A stretch of 64,000 nt of DNA from the human T2T-CHM13v2.0 reference genome, Homo sapiens. Each line of letters opens with the position of its first letter. Within the stretch, counting starts at the first letter, position 1. Under the pieces are notes generated by a model. The model did no database searches. It was not told the DNA's origin and saw only the letters and a program-made list of their open reading frames with translations. Position numbers and translations under genes: made by a program. The stretch lies in assembly GCF_009914755.1 (NCBI RefSeq), contig NC_060925.1; one strand, 5' to 3'. Below are positions 1 to 11,599 of the stretch, one piece after another.

Positions 1-323
1 TATCAATCTGAGCTGTGCACATACAGGTTTCATGTCTTTTTTGTTTTTAAGCAGTTTGATCAGAAGCAAACTTTCAAAGCATTGCGGTGGCATTGTGTAT
101 GCAGCCTGAAGGAGGTGGCTTGTAAACCTTATTCTGGGACCTGGAACCGGGTTTAAAAGACATAATGACCTTGTACATCTTTTTTTTTTTTTTTTCATTT
201 ATGTTGAAGTATACATGAACACCTGGCACTACTAAACTCGGGGGAAAGTAACATTATATTATTTGTGGGAGCTTTTTGCAGGAAGAATGCTTTACAAATA
301 AAAAAAATATATATATGTATTAC

Positions 324-368
324 CTTCTTTTGGTACCACGATATAGCATCTCTCTCATTTGAGGCCAT
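324..368 (-). CDS. PHTF1: PHTF1 first coding segment (MASNERDAISWYQKK) within exon 324-398; the gene continues off the left edge
   Basis: ATG at 368-366, 15 codons, then donor AAG|GTAATA at 324/323; acceptor ttccttcattttcag| at 399/398; peptide recognised as the PHTF1 N-terminus. Confidence 0.95.
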
Positions 369-554
369 CTGTGTCTCCAGCCAGAGAATGGGATTTCACT
401 GAAAATGAAGGAAAACCAATCGGTGAGTCCAGCTGCTGAAGGTTACTCTCCCAGTTTGGGTAGGACGCGAAAACCGCTTCTCTCAGCCTCTCCATGAGCT
501 GCTCTTTCTCCAGCTGTTTGCCAGGGAAAACACAACAAACAAACAAAAAAAAAC

Positions 555-1330
555 TGGCGCAGCGGCGACCGGAGAAGCCTCTGCAATATATCGGGCGAGC
601 GTGTTCGTGGGTGCGGGGGAGGGGCAGGGGCCGCCGCTGGAGTCGCCCGGCACCCGCCTCCTTCGCTCGCCCGCGTCCGGCTCTCACCTAGTGCCCGTTG
701 CCCCGCGGGCCGGCGCCCGGGACCTCCGTCCTCAGTGCCCGGGGTCCCACCGTGAGGCCGGGGGCGAGGCGGCGGGCCAGGCAGGCCGCATCTTCCCCTC
801 CAGGCGGAGACGCCGGAGAGGCCGTTACCATGGAGACCGCGGAGGCCGCCCCAGCTTCGGAGGCAGCCGGCCGCCCAGCGCCCTGAGGGCGGCAAATCGA
901 TCGCCGGTCAGAGGCCGCCTACAGGGTCACGGACTGACCAGAAAATAAGCAGAGAATGAACTGGAAAATGAGGGGGATTAAAAGTGAAGGCCTCCAGTCG
1001 CCACGGCGACAGCAAAAGGCTTTGTGCCCAGCTGGAAAAGACAGGTGCAAAGGCCCCGGACCCCGAGAGCCCGGGAGCCCGGGAGGAGGAGGCGGCAGCG
1101 GCGCTCGTCTTCTGCGGGCCGCGCCGGGATGCAGTGACTCAGCCGTCTGAGATCTGGGCTAGAGCCGCTCAGCCGACCACCGGGCAGCAGCCTTCGGCTT
1201 CCGCTTTCCGGCTTTCGCCGCCGAGGTGGCTCCGCCCCTGGCCCGGGGCCTTCCCGCCCAGCCTTGGTCCAGGCTCCGGGTCCGAGGGCCTGGGGAGTCG
1301 CGCGGCATATCGATGGCCAAGAGCAGCTCC
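555..1330. promoter_or_regulatory. CpG island / PHTF1 promoter
   Basis: Very GC- and CpG-rich stretch against an AT-rich background, overlapping PHTF1 exon 1. Confidence 0.9.
688..1150 (-). other. PHTF1: PHTF1 non-coding first exon (5' boundary uncertain)
   Basis: Donor TAG|GTGAGA at 688/687 inside a CpG island, upstream of the acceptor at 398; TSS cannot be fixed from sequence. Confidence 0.7.
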
Positions 1331-2168
1331 CTCAGATCACCCTTCAGGCCTCAGCTTAAAAGTCACTTCCTCACAAACGACTCTCCCATCCAGCGGTCTA
1401 AAGGAGGTCGGTCCTGATACTCTAGTAGCTCACGTCTTTGTGGCACTCATTTTCGTGTTTCATGGCTTAATCTCTGTTCCCCAGTGGGCTGTGGGCTCCA
1501 TGAGGTCAGAGACTGGGGCCTGGCACAAGCCTGGCACTTAGGTTCCCAATGTTTGTTGAGCGAACGAATCAATGTTTGCGTGAATTTACGCTGCCCTGGG
1601 AGGAAGGGCCAGGCTGCGGCTTAGTGACTCCCTTCCTCTCCCGCCCCTCAGCAGCTCTGGGTCTGGAGCTTTCTAGTGCTCAAAGGTGTAGGGGGAAAAG
1701 AGGAACAAGTATTGGGCAGTCACAGCTTTTTCCAAATTAGGGTAAAGTTAGGTGGCGGCAGGAACAGGTTAATTAGGGCCGATAGAGGTCAGGAGAAAGG
1801 AAAGAAAGGTTGAACCCTCAAGTGAATATTTAAGGATACGTTAAAAGGATTTTTAGGCTGCTTTTTTTTTTTTTTTTTTTTGGCCATTAATGGAACACTG
1901 TCCCCTTACAGCCATTCTCCCCACCTTATTTGAAGCCGTGTTCTTGCTAGCCCACAGCGTGTAGCATCTGGGTCAGAGAAAGCTAATGACAGATGATAGC
2001 TTCACTTAAGAAAGCCTAAGAGGCGCTGTACTCAATGTTTTGCAGACATTATTTCTTCTTATCTATTGAGTGGGCACCAGGTGGAAGTTATCCCATTTCA
2101 CGGATGAGGAAAATCGACTAAGCTAAAATAACTCCCACAGGACTAAGTTTTACAAATTACTTCACCCA

Positions 2169-2456
2169 GCCTGGGCGCAGTGGCTCACGCCTGCAATCTG
2201 GGCGCTTTGGGAGGCCTGAGGCGGAAATGTAGCTTGAGCACAGGAGTTTGAGACCAGCCTTAGCAACATGGCCAGACCCCGTCTCTTAAAAAAAAAAAAT
2301 TAGCCGGGGGTGGTGGCGCGCACCTGTAGTCCCAGCTACTTCGAAGACTGAGGCAGGAGGATCGTCTGAGTCCACGAGTTCGAGGCTGTAGTGAGCTATG
2401 ATTGCACCACTGCACTTCGGCCTAGGCAACAGAGACCTGTCTCAAATAAAGTAAAA
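2169..2456 (+). mobile_element. Alu (J-like)
   Basis: Dimeric Alu consensus with A-rich linker. Confidence 0.9.
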
Positions 2457-2819
2457 ATTATTTTACCCTTATTTTTATATTGCACACATTGGCAGTGGTT
2501 TCCTTCTGCTTTTGCTCCTTGACAGCTTTTCCTTTCCTTAGTGCTAAACATTACAATTCTGTTGAGCTTCAAGACAAATGGCCAACTTGAAAAAAGAGAT
2601 AAATGACAAGTGAAAAACGTCGAATTTTGCACACGTAAATATTTAACCTCAATTACATTAATAGCAAAAGTACTTTACTTCACTGTTTGGCACACAGATT
2701 TTCAGGGAGTGTCTGGAGGAACTGAATCAGGTAAGAAGTATTAGAGAATAGTGGTAAGTAGTAAACCATTTTTCAGGTGCCCTGTTGGAAACTATTCAGT
2801 GCTTCCTGCGGCTACCAGC

Positions 2820-2990
2820 GAACAAGGTCTGAATCCTTGCTCCCAACCAATAATCTGTGATCTTAAGCAATTTATTCAACTAACAAGCCTGTTTTCTCAC
2901 CTGTATTATGGAGATAGTCACCTTCTTAAGGATGTGAGGATTAAATGAGAAACCCTCATATAAACTGCCTGGCCCATGGCAGTTACTCAA
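2820..2990 (+). mobile_element. MIR fragment
   Basis: MIR-core-like tgtgatcttaagcaa...cctgttttctcacctgta...gtgaggattaaatgag. Confidence 0.7.
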
Positions 2991-3494
2991 AAAATGTGAA
3001 GTCCCTTTCTTTTCCTTTCCTAGACAGAACCAAAGGCTATCAGTGCTTAGGACAGGTACCTCAATTAAAGATAACTTCACACAAAAACTGATGAGGAAAG
3101 AAATCCATTTTGTTGTGTCACATTAATACATCAATGACATAAAAGTCTATACGCCATCTTCATTAATACTCAATGCACTTTCAAGAAAATCCACATCACC
3201 AGAATAAAAATTTAAGACTGTCCTCTTTTAAGTAGATACACACCAATTTAAGCAATTAAGAGGCATTAACTACAACAAATGTCAAGTGTATTTTTTCTTC
3301 TTCCCCCAAACTAATTGCATCTCAATATGGATGGAATTTTCCCCAGACATCTTTAGGAAAGAAGTCATAAGATTTTCTAAAAATTTTTTTTGAAGTAGTA
3401 GGGGATACAGTAGGTGAGGGATTCGTCCTCTAAAAACAGGTTCCAGGTATTTAGAACTCACATATGCTATGCATTTTGTGATGAAACACCAGTA

Positions 3495-6400
3495 AAGGAC
3501 AAATCAGACTTTTTTTATTAAAAAAATACTTTACAGGAAAAAAAAAAACTATGCATTCCATTGTCCTATTTTACAAAGAAATAGCTTAACAATTTAACAC
3601 ACTTAGACAGCTACAAAAAAGCACTGTGTTAAAAGGATTATTCACACAAATTTAGATTTAAGACTATTCATTAAAAACCTTTTTAAAACACTCGTTAATG
3701 TCAATAAACAAACTAAGGCCACACAACGCAAATAGTCCGCCAGGCAAATATACATTTCATCTATATGCAAAGACCTCTTAGATAAATAAAAGCCACAGGA
3801 AAAAAAGTCTTAGCTGCCAATCAAAATGGAGTTTACTCACAGAAAACACTATTACATGAAAATTTACAACATGTGATAGTAGTACATAAGTATTTCTTTA
3901 GAGAGAATTGAAAAGTGCTATATTTTAAGAGACAGTGGTCTCAACTACATGCACAAGTGGATCCTAAAAAATGTATGAAGAAAATGGAAGGCCATAATAT
4001 TTATGGAGAGATACTTGCTTTTAAAGCAACAAACTTTCAAGACAAGGATAGGTCCCTTACGTGCTAAAGAAAAACATTTGTACTGTGCATTTCCTCTACT
4101 TGCATGGCCAATAAATACAGCTACGACCTGTTTGAAAAACAAAACAGATGTGAACCTCTGGCATGTGCTAGCTAGTGAAAGGTTCTTTTTTAAAAACCTG
4201 TAGCAATGATAAAACAGATTAGAAAGATACAAAATTATCCTAAAGGCATAAATGCAAATAAATTTTTTATGGCAAATACAGATGAAAATATAATGGGCTA
4301 ATTTATTAATGATTAAGAATATATTCACTAAGCGTTTTCATGGATTTGGGAGTCTTGTTCCTATATTAGCTTTCATTCTAGACAATTAATATTTATATAG
4401 GGAAAGGCAATAAGCAAGTTTTTTCCAGTCATTAAGTGTGACTTTTATGCCTAGTAAGACTGATGCAAGACATCTTTTCCTAAAGTTTAGTAAACAACTT
4501 TAATAAGCTCCTTTTTCCCCCTACAAGAGCTTGTAATATTAGTCAACTGGTATTCCAACTGTCTCTTAAGGGGAAAGGGCACTTTTCAAAAGTCTTTCAC
4601 TAAAAAATAATAAAAGTACCAGTTAAACAAATTCTAAGTACTGAATAAGCAAATTAAAGGTACAATTAAACCTAGGAACCAATTTTTAGAGTTAAAACTT
4701 TGGAGGAGAGAACATACTATATAGGTTTTTATTATTATTGCTTTATGAATTTGGGTTACCACTTTGAATCATCATCCTACTCCTAGCATATCTTGGTATA
4801 GAGAATTACTTCTGGGGCAAGAGGAAGACTTTTATGCTTTTTAATGAATACCATGAAATTATTCTACTTTACTAAGTTAGGAATATTCATTTATTGGGTC
4901 CTTTCCATAAGCACATTTAAAAACCATCCCTCTGCTCCACAAAATATTAAAACTTATAGCCACATTGTGCAAGTAATCTCAAGAGCTGGCACAACGGATA
5001 ATATACCAAAAAGGAAGATCAGCTTAAATTTCAGTTACAACTTCACTGCCATCACTACTTTAACAAATCAGAAGACGCCAGATTGCTCCATGCCTCACTC
5101 CACCAAACCAAATAATTTAATGATTTAGAAAAATTGCAATCATTTGTATCACTAAACTAGGATACAGCTTTGAAAGCAGTAAAAAACGCAAAACTTCTGC
5201 TTTTATACTCATCAGTCTTTAAAGCATGCTATTAAAATCTAATACTCACATAGGACATTCAGTTTTCAGATCACGTTACTAGCTAAATGTTTCTCTTCAT
5301 TCTATTGCAATTCTAACATACAATGAATTTATTAGTACATGATTTTAAACATTTTTATTGTACTCTTTTAATGTGTTTATATTGGAGGTGAGGGTAGAAT
5401 GTTTTATAAAAGGAAAATGGGGATTTGCTTTTGATTGTAGGTCTTTGCAGATCCGCTGGTTCCTGAGTGATAATACACAGTGCTGGCTGTCAGGAGACAG
5501 TCTCCTTGTTTATTAGCAATGACCAGCTTGGATGACAGATGGCATCTGCTGGATGGCAAGTGGGAGATGGGGAAATCGGATCTTGGAAGACAAGAAAAAA
5601 TTAAAAAAAAAAAATTTTTGCTTTAACAGCCTTCTCTTCATGATTATTTTTAAAAGCAAATGTTGCCTGAGAAGAATTTTACTTTGCACAGCCTGGTAAA
5701 GCTCTTCTGGACAGAAAAATAAAAACAAGAAATAACCCAAACCCACACACTTTGTGATTAAACCCCTCCCCAACAAAATAACAAAAAACACCCTCAAAGG
5801 CAGGTCCCGTTAAAAACTAGTCTGGATAAACTGGAATTTACCCTAGAATTTATACCCAAGATTTAAAAACACCCCTGCAATAATCACATTACCTTTCATA
5901 CCATTCTAATTACCTTATTTACAAAGATAACTAAAGCCAACATCACTTCCAATTCATAAATGGTTTACATTGAAATGTATCCCTATTTGTCTTCATCCTT
6001 TGTAACAGAGAATACATACATATACATATATATAAGGAATAATACAGATTCTAACTAATCACTGCAGTATTTGCTGATGGTTACTTTTCTATCGGTTTAC
6101 ACAGTGACCTCTATACTTTGCTAATATGCATTTAACTACACAACAATATTGCACAAAGTAATATTTATATAAGATTTAACCTATTTCAGAATATTTTAGA
6201 GAAAATTCATATTTGATATTTCAAAAGATGCAGCTAAGTTTTCATGGTGACAGACATAATAAAGCAGCATCTTGTATTTTTTTTTTTTTTTGCCTATGTT
6301 AATGTAAATATTTCAAATCTTACCATCCAGGAAAAAAAAAAAATCTCCAAATTGCACTGTAACCAGGGAGATATAAGAATCTGGTCTTAGGTGTGGGGAG

Positions 6401-7640
6401 TACTCTTCCATTAATAAACAAAAGGCCTACTGTATTATTAACTAAGAGAAAGTATAATGTGAATCATGTTAACATTCTAAAATAACAGAAAGTTAGGACC
6501 ATACTAGCAATGTGAACTGTGCCTGTTTGAAAAGAAAATTTAAATACTCAGGCACTAAGCATTAGCCTACCTGAAACTCTAGGATGAAGTCTAGTGCTGT
6601 ATTCTTTCTTAGAAAATAGCAACACAGAGTAATAGTAAATAAACCCAGGTATTCACCAGTTAAAACTGTGAATTGAAGTGTCTCAGTAGTAGATATTTAT
6701 CATGAAGAGGTTGATGCCAAGTGACAAGAATAGTTTATCATAAGATTGATGCTCAAAATATGGCAGCCTCATCAGAAAGACTATTATTATTCTCTAAGTT
6801 TAATAGTTGTGATCAGTTTAGGAAGCAAAATTATCCCCACAAAATGTGAGGATGCCAGGAAGCAGAACAATAGAGTATCATGTCAACATTATCTCTTTTA
6901 CCCAAAATATCTTCAACAGTTAGCATATATTCTAGAAGAGATTAATGAGCCATGGATAATGAATGACCAAGGACTATTCATCTTTAGATTTTTTTTTTAA
7001 TTGAAATATCCACTGGGCTTTAAATAACAGATACAAAAAAAAGACAGTTTGGATCAGAAAGTGCTGTGCTTTCTCTTTTGTTAAGAAACCAGAGAGCCAC
7101 TGAAATTTCCTTGGAAACTACTTGTTATTTGTGGTTAGAACTAAATAACTTACTTGCCCATGTACCAGATGCAGAAATTCTTTCCTGCAACCTATGCCAT
7201 TTTCACTGTAGAAATTGAACCTGTGCCATAAAGACACAAGTACTAAACCATAAATCTTATTTATCCATAAAAACAGCAAATATGGCAAGAGACAAGGCAA
7301 GATAAAATTAAGGGAAGTGAATAATTTACCAAACAAGAATCTGTTATTCCAGAGAATTCTCATTTTGATTTGAAGAAGAGATTGAATTGTTACCTCACAC
7401 CTTAAAACAGAAAGTAGCAGCAGACCCACTATTACATACTGTACTAACGGGATAAGATACAACTCTTAACTTTGCATAATCTGTGTAAAAAAGATATGCT
7501 TGACATTTGTGGAATGTCATTTCTCTTTATAGAATTATAGGCAAGATTTCTCCAATAAAACTTAACTTAAGCCAGTTATAAAACTATAACTTCACATCAA
7601 AATTTAAAAAAGTTAAAAAATGTGTTTGAATATGTACATA
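3495..7640 (-). other. RSBN1: RSBN1 long 3'UTR (~4.1 kb)
   Basis: AT-rich, apparently transposon-free sequence from the stop codon to the distal AATAAA. Confidence 0.75.
3514..3519 (-). terminator. RSBN1: Distal polyadenylation signal of RSBN1 (AATAAA)
   Basis: TTTATT on the + strand; U/GU-rich sequence downstream on the minus strand; marks the end of the repeat-free 3'UTR block. Confidence 0.7.
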
Positions 7641-8114
7641 TCACACAGAAGTGGTTGAATGTTCTTGCAGATTGTGTTGCTGGTCAGAGTCCAGTCTACT
7701 TTCCACTTTTAAAACTGGAATAGGCTGAGTCTTCTGATCTTGCTGTAGATTAAGTTCTGATGCAGGTGGGAAAGATGATGAAGCAGTTGTTAACAGCTGA
7801 ATCTCTGTGCATGCTTCTTCAGATTCAGTTTTTATCCTCACACATTGGGAGTCAACTTCTAATTCTCGCTTTCCAGTTAAACCACAGTCCATGTTAGAAT
7901 TGCTTTCTGTGTTTTGAGTGGCTTCCACAACAGGGTGGTACTGTTTAAGCCTTATATGCCAGGCTAAGCTGCACACCGCCGAAACTGTTTTGAACTGATG
8001 AATGACATTTCTAGGGATGAAGTAGATATCATTGTCGCAAAGCTGAATTCTAGCATAACGAATGCCTTCCCGCCTCATTTGGTTTAGTTTAGCTTCATCT
8101 ACCCACTGTACGCA
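7641..8114 (-). CDS. RSBN1: RSBN1 exon 7 (last coding exon; [17 protein letters not shown]...HSTTSV*), includes distal His in NVIHQF
   Basis: Acceptor tttctttcttcag| at 8115/8114; TGA at 7643-7641; 474 nt; total CDS sums to 2409 nt. Confidence 0.97.
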   Translation of the reverse strand, partial: CVQWVDEAKLNQMRREGIRYARIQLCDNDIYFIPRNVIHQFKTVSAVCSLAWHIRLKQYHPVVEATQNTESNSNMDCGLTGKRELEVDSQCVRIKTESEEACTEIQLLTTASSSFPPASELNLQQDQKTQPIPVLKVESRLDSDQQHNLQEHSTTSV

Positions 8115-8759
8115 CTGAAGAAAGAAAAAAGTTACGTGAGACTTTAAAATATGTAATAATTTAGTCAAGTGAAATAATTAGCAAAGGAAAACAGTAGAAA
8201 CAAAATGTGTTATAACAATAATCAAATTAAAATTAAGCAACACTAAATGATAGGTAACTCTCTAAAAATTCTTGTAATGCCTGGGAAATTATTTTCCTCC
8301 TATTTTACTACCTCTTTAGTAACAAAGTACAGGTTAAAATCAGAATGGCTTAGAGAATCATTTAAGTATTTCAAAGTACAGCTAAGTATCAATATTCTTT
8401 ACCACACATAAAGGCAACATGTTTTCTTTTCTTTTAGTGTGTCTTTCAGCCTTTTGCAGTTGAGGGGACACAGTGCAATGGGGTTAACAAGTGAGACAGC
8501 TCATGGCCATAACTGAGCCGCCTGGGACCTCTAACCATCCCAGGCCCACCTGGTATCCCAAAGATTGAAAGGATTTCAAGCATTCTGCTAGGGAAGCTCT
8601 GTTTAAATGATTTTCAGCACCACCCCCACCCCAGTCTTTAACAGTAATAAAATTAAACTCACTATCCCACATATCAGACTGTAAGATAAAATTCAAAATA
8701 AAATGGGTATAGATATTTACTTCTAATATCGCAAATGGTGATAAAACATAAGTTATTAC

Positions 8760-8868
8760 CTGGGAAACTGGAGGTTCATGAAGATCTAACTGAAGTCTTT
8801 GTACAACATCAGTAAAATCCTCAGCATGAAAACAAATCACATCTTTGGTTATGCGAGGTTGGTCACTC
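8760..8868 (-). CDS. RSBN1: RSBN1 exon 6 ([18 protein letters not shown]...EPPVSQ)
   Basis: ag|G at 8868, CAG|GTAATA at 8760; 109 nt; phases match neighbouring exons. Confidence 0.97.
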
Positions 8869-9199
8869 CTAAGATTAACAAAATTAAGTTTCAGAGACAA
8901 ACATCTCACAATGAAAAATGATGACAAATTTCAGTTCTTTTGTTCTTGGAAATGCTTCTACCAGCAGAGAAATAGATGCATAGTTTCTAAGGACTAGGTA
9001 TACAATTTTTTTTTAATTTGAAAAAAACTAAAGCTTAAAAAGCCATAAAAATCAGATTTGCTGTTGTAAAATTAAAACAAAAATGGCTAAAAAGAATAGT
9101 TTTATTCTAAACTAGTTGCATTTGCAGTCCTCTCGCCACTTTGTATCTCCATGTCCTGAGCTTTGTTAAAACTGGGCCCCAACAGAATATAAAATGGTT

Positions 9200-9800
9200 T
9201 AGCCACTGTGGACAACAGTCTGGTAGTTTCTCAAAACATTACAAATAGAACTACCATATAATCCAGCAACTTCACTCCTGGGTGTATAGCCAAAATAATT
9301 GAATGCAGGGACATGAAGAGATATTTATACACCCATGTTCACACCAGCATTATTCACAAAAGCCAAAAGGTAGAAGCAACCCAAGTGTCCACTGATGGAT
9401 AAACTGATTAACAACATGTGGTATATACATACAATGAATTATTATTCAGCCTAAAAAGGGAAGGAGATTCTGACCCTTGCTACAACACGGATGAATCCTG
9501 AGGACAATGCTAAGAGAAATAAGCCAGTCACAAAAAGATAAACACTATATGATTCCATCTATATGAAATATGTAAAGTAGTCAAATTCATAGAAACAAAG
9601 TAGAATGATGGTTACCAGAGCCTGGGGGTGAGAGTAAAAGAGGAATTGTTGTTCAGTGAGTATAGAGTTACAGCCTCGCAAGATGAAAAGGTTCTGGAGC
9701 TCTGTTTCGTAACAATGTAAAGATGCTTAACTCTACCAAATGTACATTTAAAAATGGTTAAGATGGCAAACTTTATGTGTATTTTACCACAATTTAAAAA
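9200..9800 (+). mobile_element. L1M 3'-end fragment (L1MB-like)
   Basis: Typical L1 3' text (aatagaactaccatataatccagcaa...gaagcaacccaagtgtccac...taaaaatggttaagatgg). Confidence 0.8.
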
Positions 9801-9882
9801 ACTGGTCCTAAACCTTTTAAATAGAGTCCACATTGTCTTATACAATATTAACCAACCTTGCAGTTGAGTTCAATTAACTCAC

Positions 9883-10050
9883 CATTCACCAAATTGTACA
9901 GCTTTCAAAACTCCAACAGCAGCCGTACTCTGCCAGTCAAACCCCTGACCGACATGATCAGCATGAGCTCTAGTCCTATCTTCAAAGAGAACTTCGCGGG
10001 GTTCACTGGTCCGAGGTAGGTACTGGAGATTTTTTATTTCATTCATTGAT
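9883..10050 (-). CDS. RSBN1: RSBN1 exon 5 (SMNEIKNLQYLPRTSEPREVLFEDRTRAHADHVGQG...), HxD motif of the JmjC-like domain
   Basis: ctctag|A at 10050, TG|GTGAGT at 9883; 168 nt; phases match. Confidence 0.97.
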
Positions 10051-10395
10051 CTAGAGTTGATTTGGTTGTTAAACAAAGGGTAAGCAAGGAAGAAAGAGAC
10101 CAAAAAAAAATTAATTAATAGCAGTAAGGCAAAAAAGTCTGCTAAAATACCAGATTTAAATAAGATGAGGACTGAGAAGGGTTCAATGATTATGATCATT
10201 AGCATTTAACACACTATATTATAATGCTTAATGTAATTACCTTCCTCTCCCTGTGTGCCATAATAAAGCTGAAAATATATCTTAGATTAGGCTCAAATGT
10301 AGTGCTTCTGTTCTAGCAACAGAAAATAAAAGTCAAAGTTTAAGGCTTCTTTACCCTCATTCATCTTATTTCCAACTCTCAAAATATGCTACTAG

Positions 10396-11008
10396 TGAGG
10401 CTGCCCTCACACAGTTAACAAAAACTCTGGATGGAAATATAGCTATAATTAAGCATTAATCAGGCTGCACTTAGACCCACTTTCTTATAACTAAAAGTCA
10501 GGTAACACTAGATACTGACCATTTGCATCCCTGTTGTTCCTACAGATAGAATTTCTTGGAAGTGGGAAAACCTTTTTGTGAAAAAAAAAATATATATATA
10601 TATACTTTTTTTAAAAAAGAATTCTAGTGTTAGCATCATAAGGCTTTTGTTTAAGATAGAATCTCTGATGTTAAGAATGGCTTAAGCAGATCCTGAATTC
10701 TGGCAAAACAGCTGCTGCCAACCAATTTAAAGACCCCCACAGAAAAACCTAATCAGCATGATAATAGTTTATTCATCCCTTTGTCCATGACTTCACTTTG
10801 TACTCTCGGACCAATAAACATCTCCACACATCAGCCCATTCCAAAACCTTTAAAAACCCTCACCCCCAAACTCCTCAGGGAGACAGATTTGAGATTTCCT
10901 CCCATCTCCTCCTTTAGTGGCCCTACAATTAAACTTTCTCTGTTGCAGTCTGCTGTTTTGGTGTACTGACTTGCCATGTGCATCAGGCAATGACCCTATT
11001 ATAGTTAA
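10396..11008 (+). mobile_element. ERV1-class solo LTR (MER39-like)
   Basis: Recognisable LTR text (aattaagcattaatcaggctgcac...aaaacctttaaaaaccctcacccccaaactcctc...attaaactttctctg). Confidence 0.7.
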
Positions 11009-11599
11009 ACTAGAGTTCTGATTCAAGATTGCAAACCAGGCATCCATGTTATCTCCTTCTACATTAAAATGAAAGTAAAAGTCTTCAAACCAATAATAGG
11101 GGAAGTGGGGATTAGATGGGAGAATGGATTAGAGTACAGATGAAACAGAATTAGCCATGAGTTGACAGCTGTTGATTGTATATTAAACACACAGCAGTTT
11201 ATTATATTGTTTTCTGCTTTTTTATGTGCTCAAGAATTTCTAAATATAATAATCTAAAGATGATAGTGAATAAGAAGCAACAAAGGAAATGAATTAATGA
11301 ATGAGCAATATCAACAAACTTTTGCAAGATGGAAAATGATCCTAGTACCTGAGACTAATAAAACTGTGCAGAGAAAGCCACAGGCATAGAATACACAAGA
11401 AGGGATCAGCAGCCAAAAAGGCAGCAGACCTGCCCAACAGACCTTGGAAAAGCCTGAGTCCAAAAAGAAGCCAGGCATAATAATGATGAACAGAAATGAA
11501 GTGAGGCTGAGAAAAGGGGAATTAAAGTGAAATTCTGCAAATAAACAAGTCATCCCTGCAGGTAGAAATGTAGACAGACATTTAGCCCCACATGGAGTA

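Noticed and set aside
355-1541. Numerous overlapping 60-185 aa ORFs in the PHTF1 CpG island
   Set aside because: Low-complexity Arg/Gly/Pro/Ala products, many with non-ATG starts; expected from GC content
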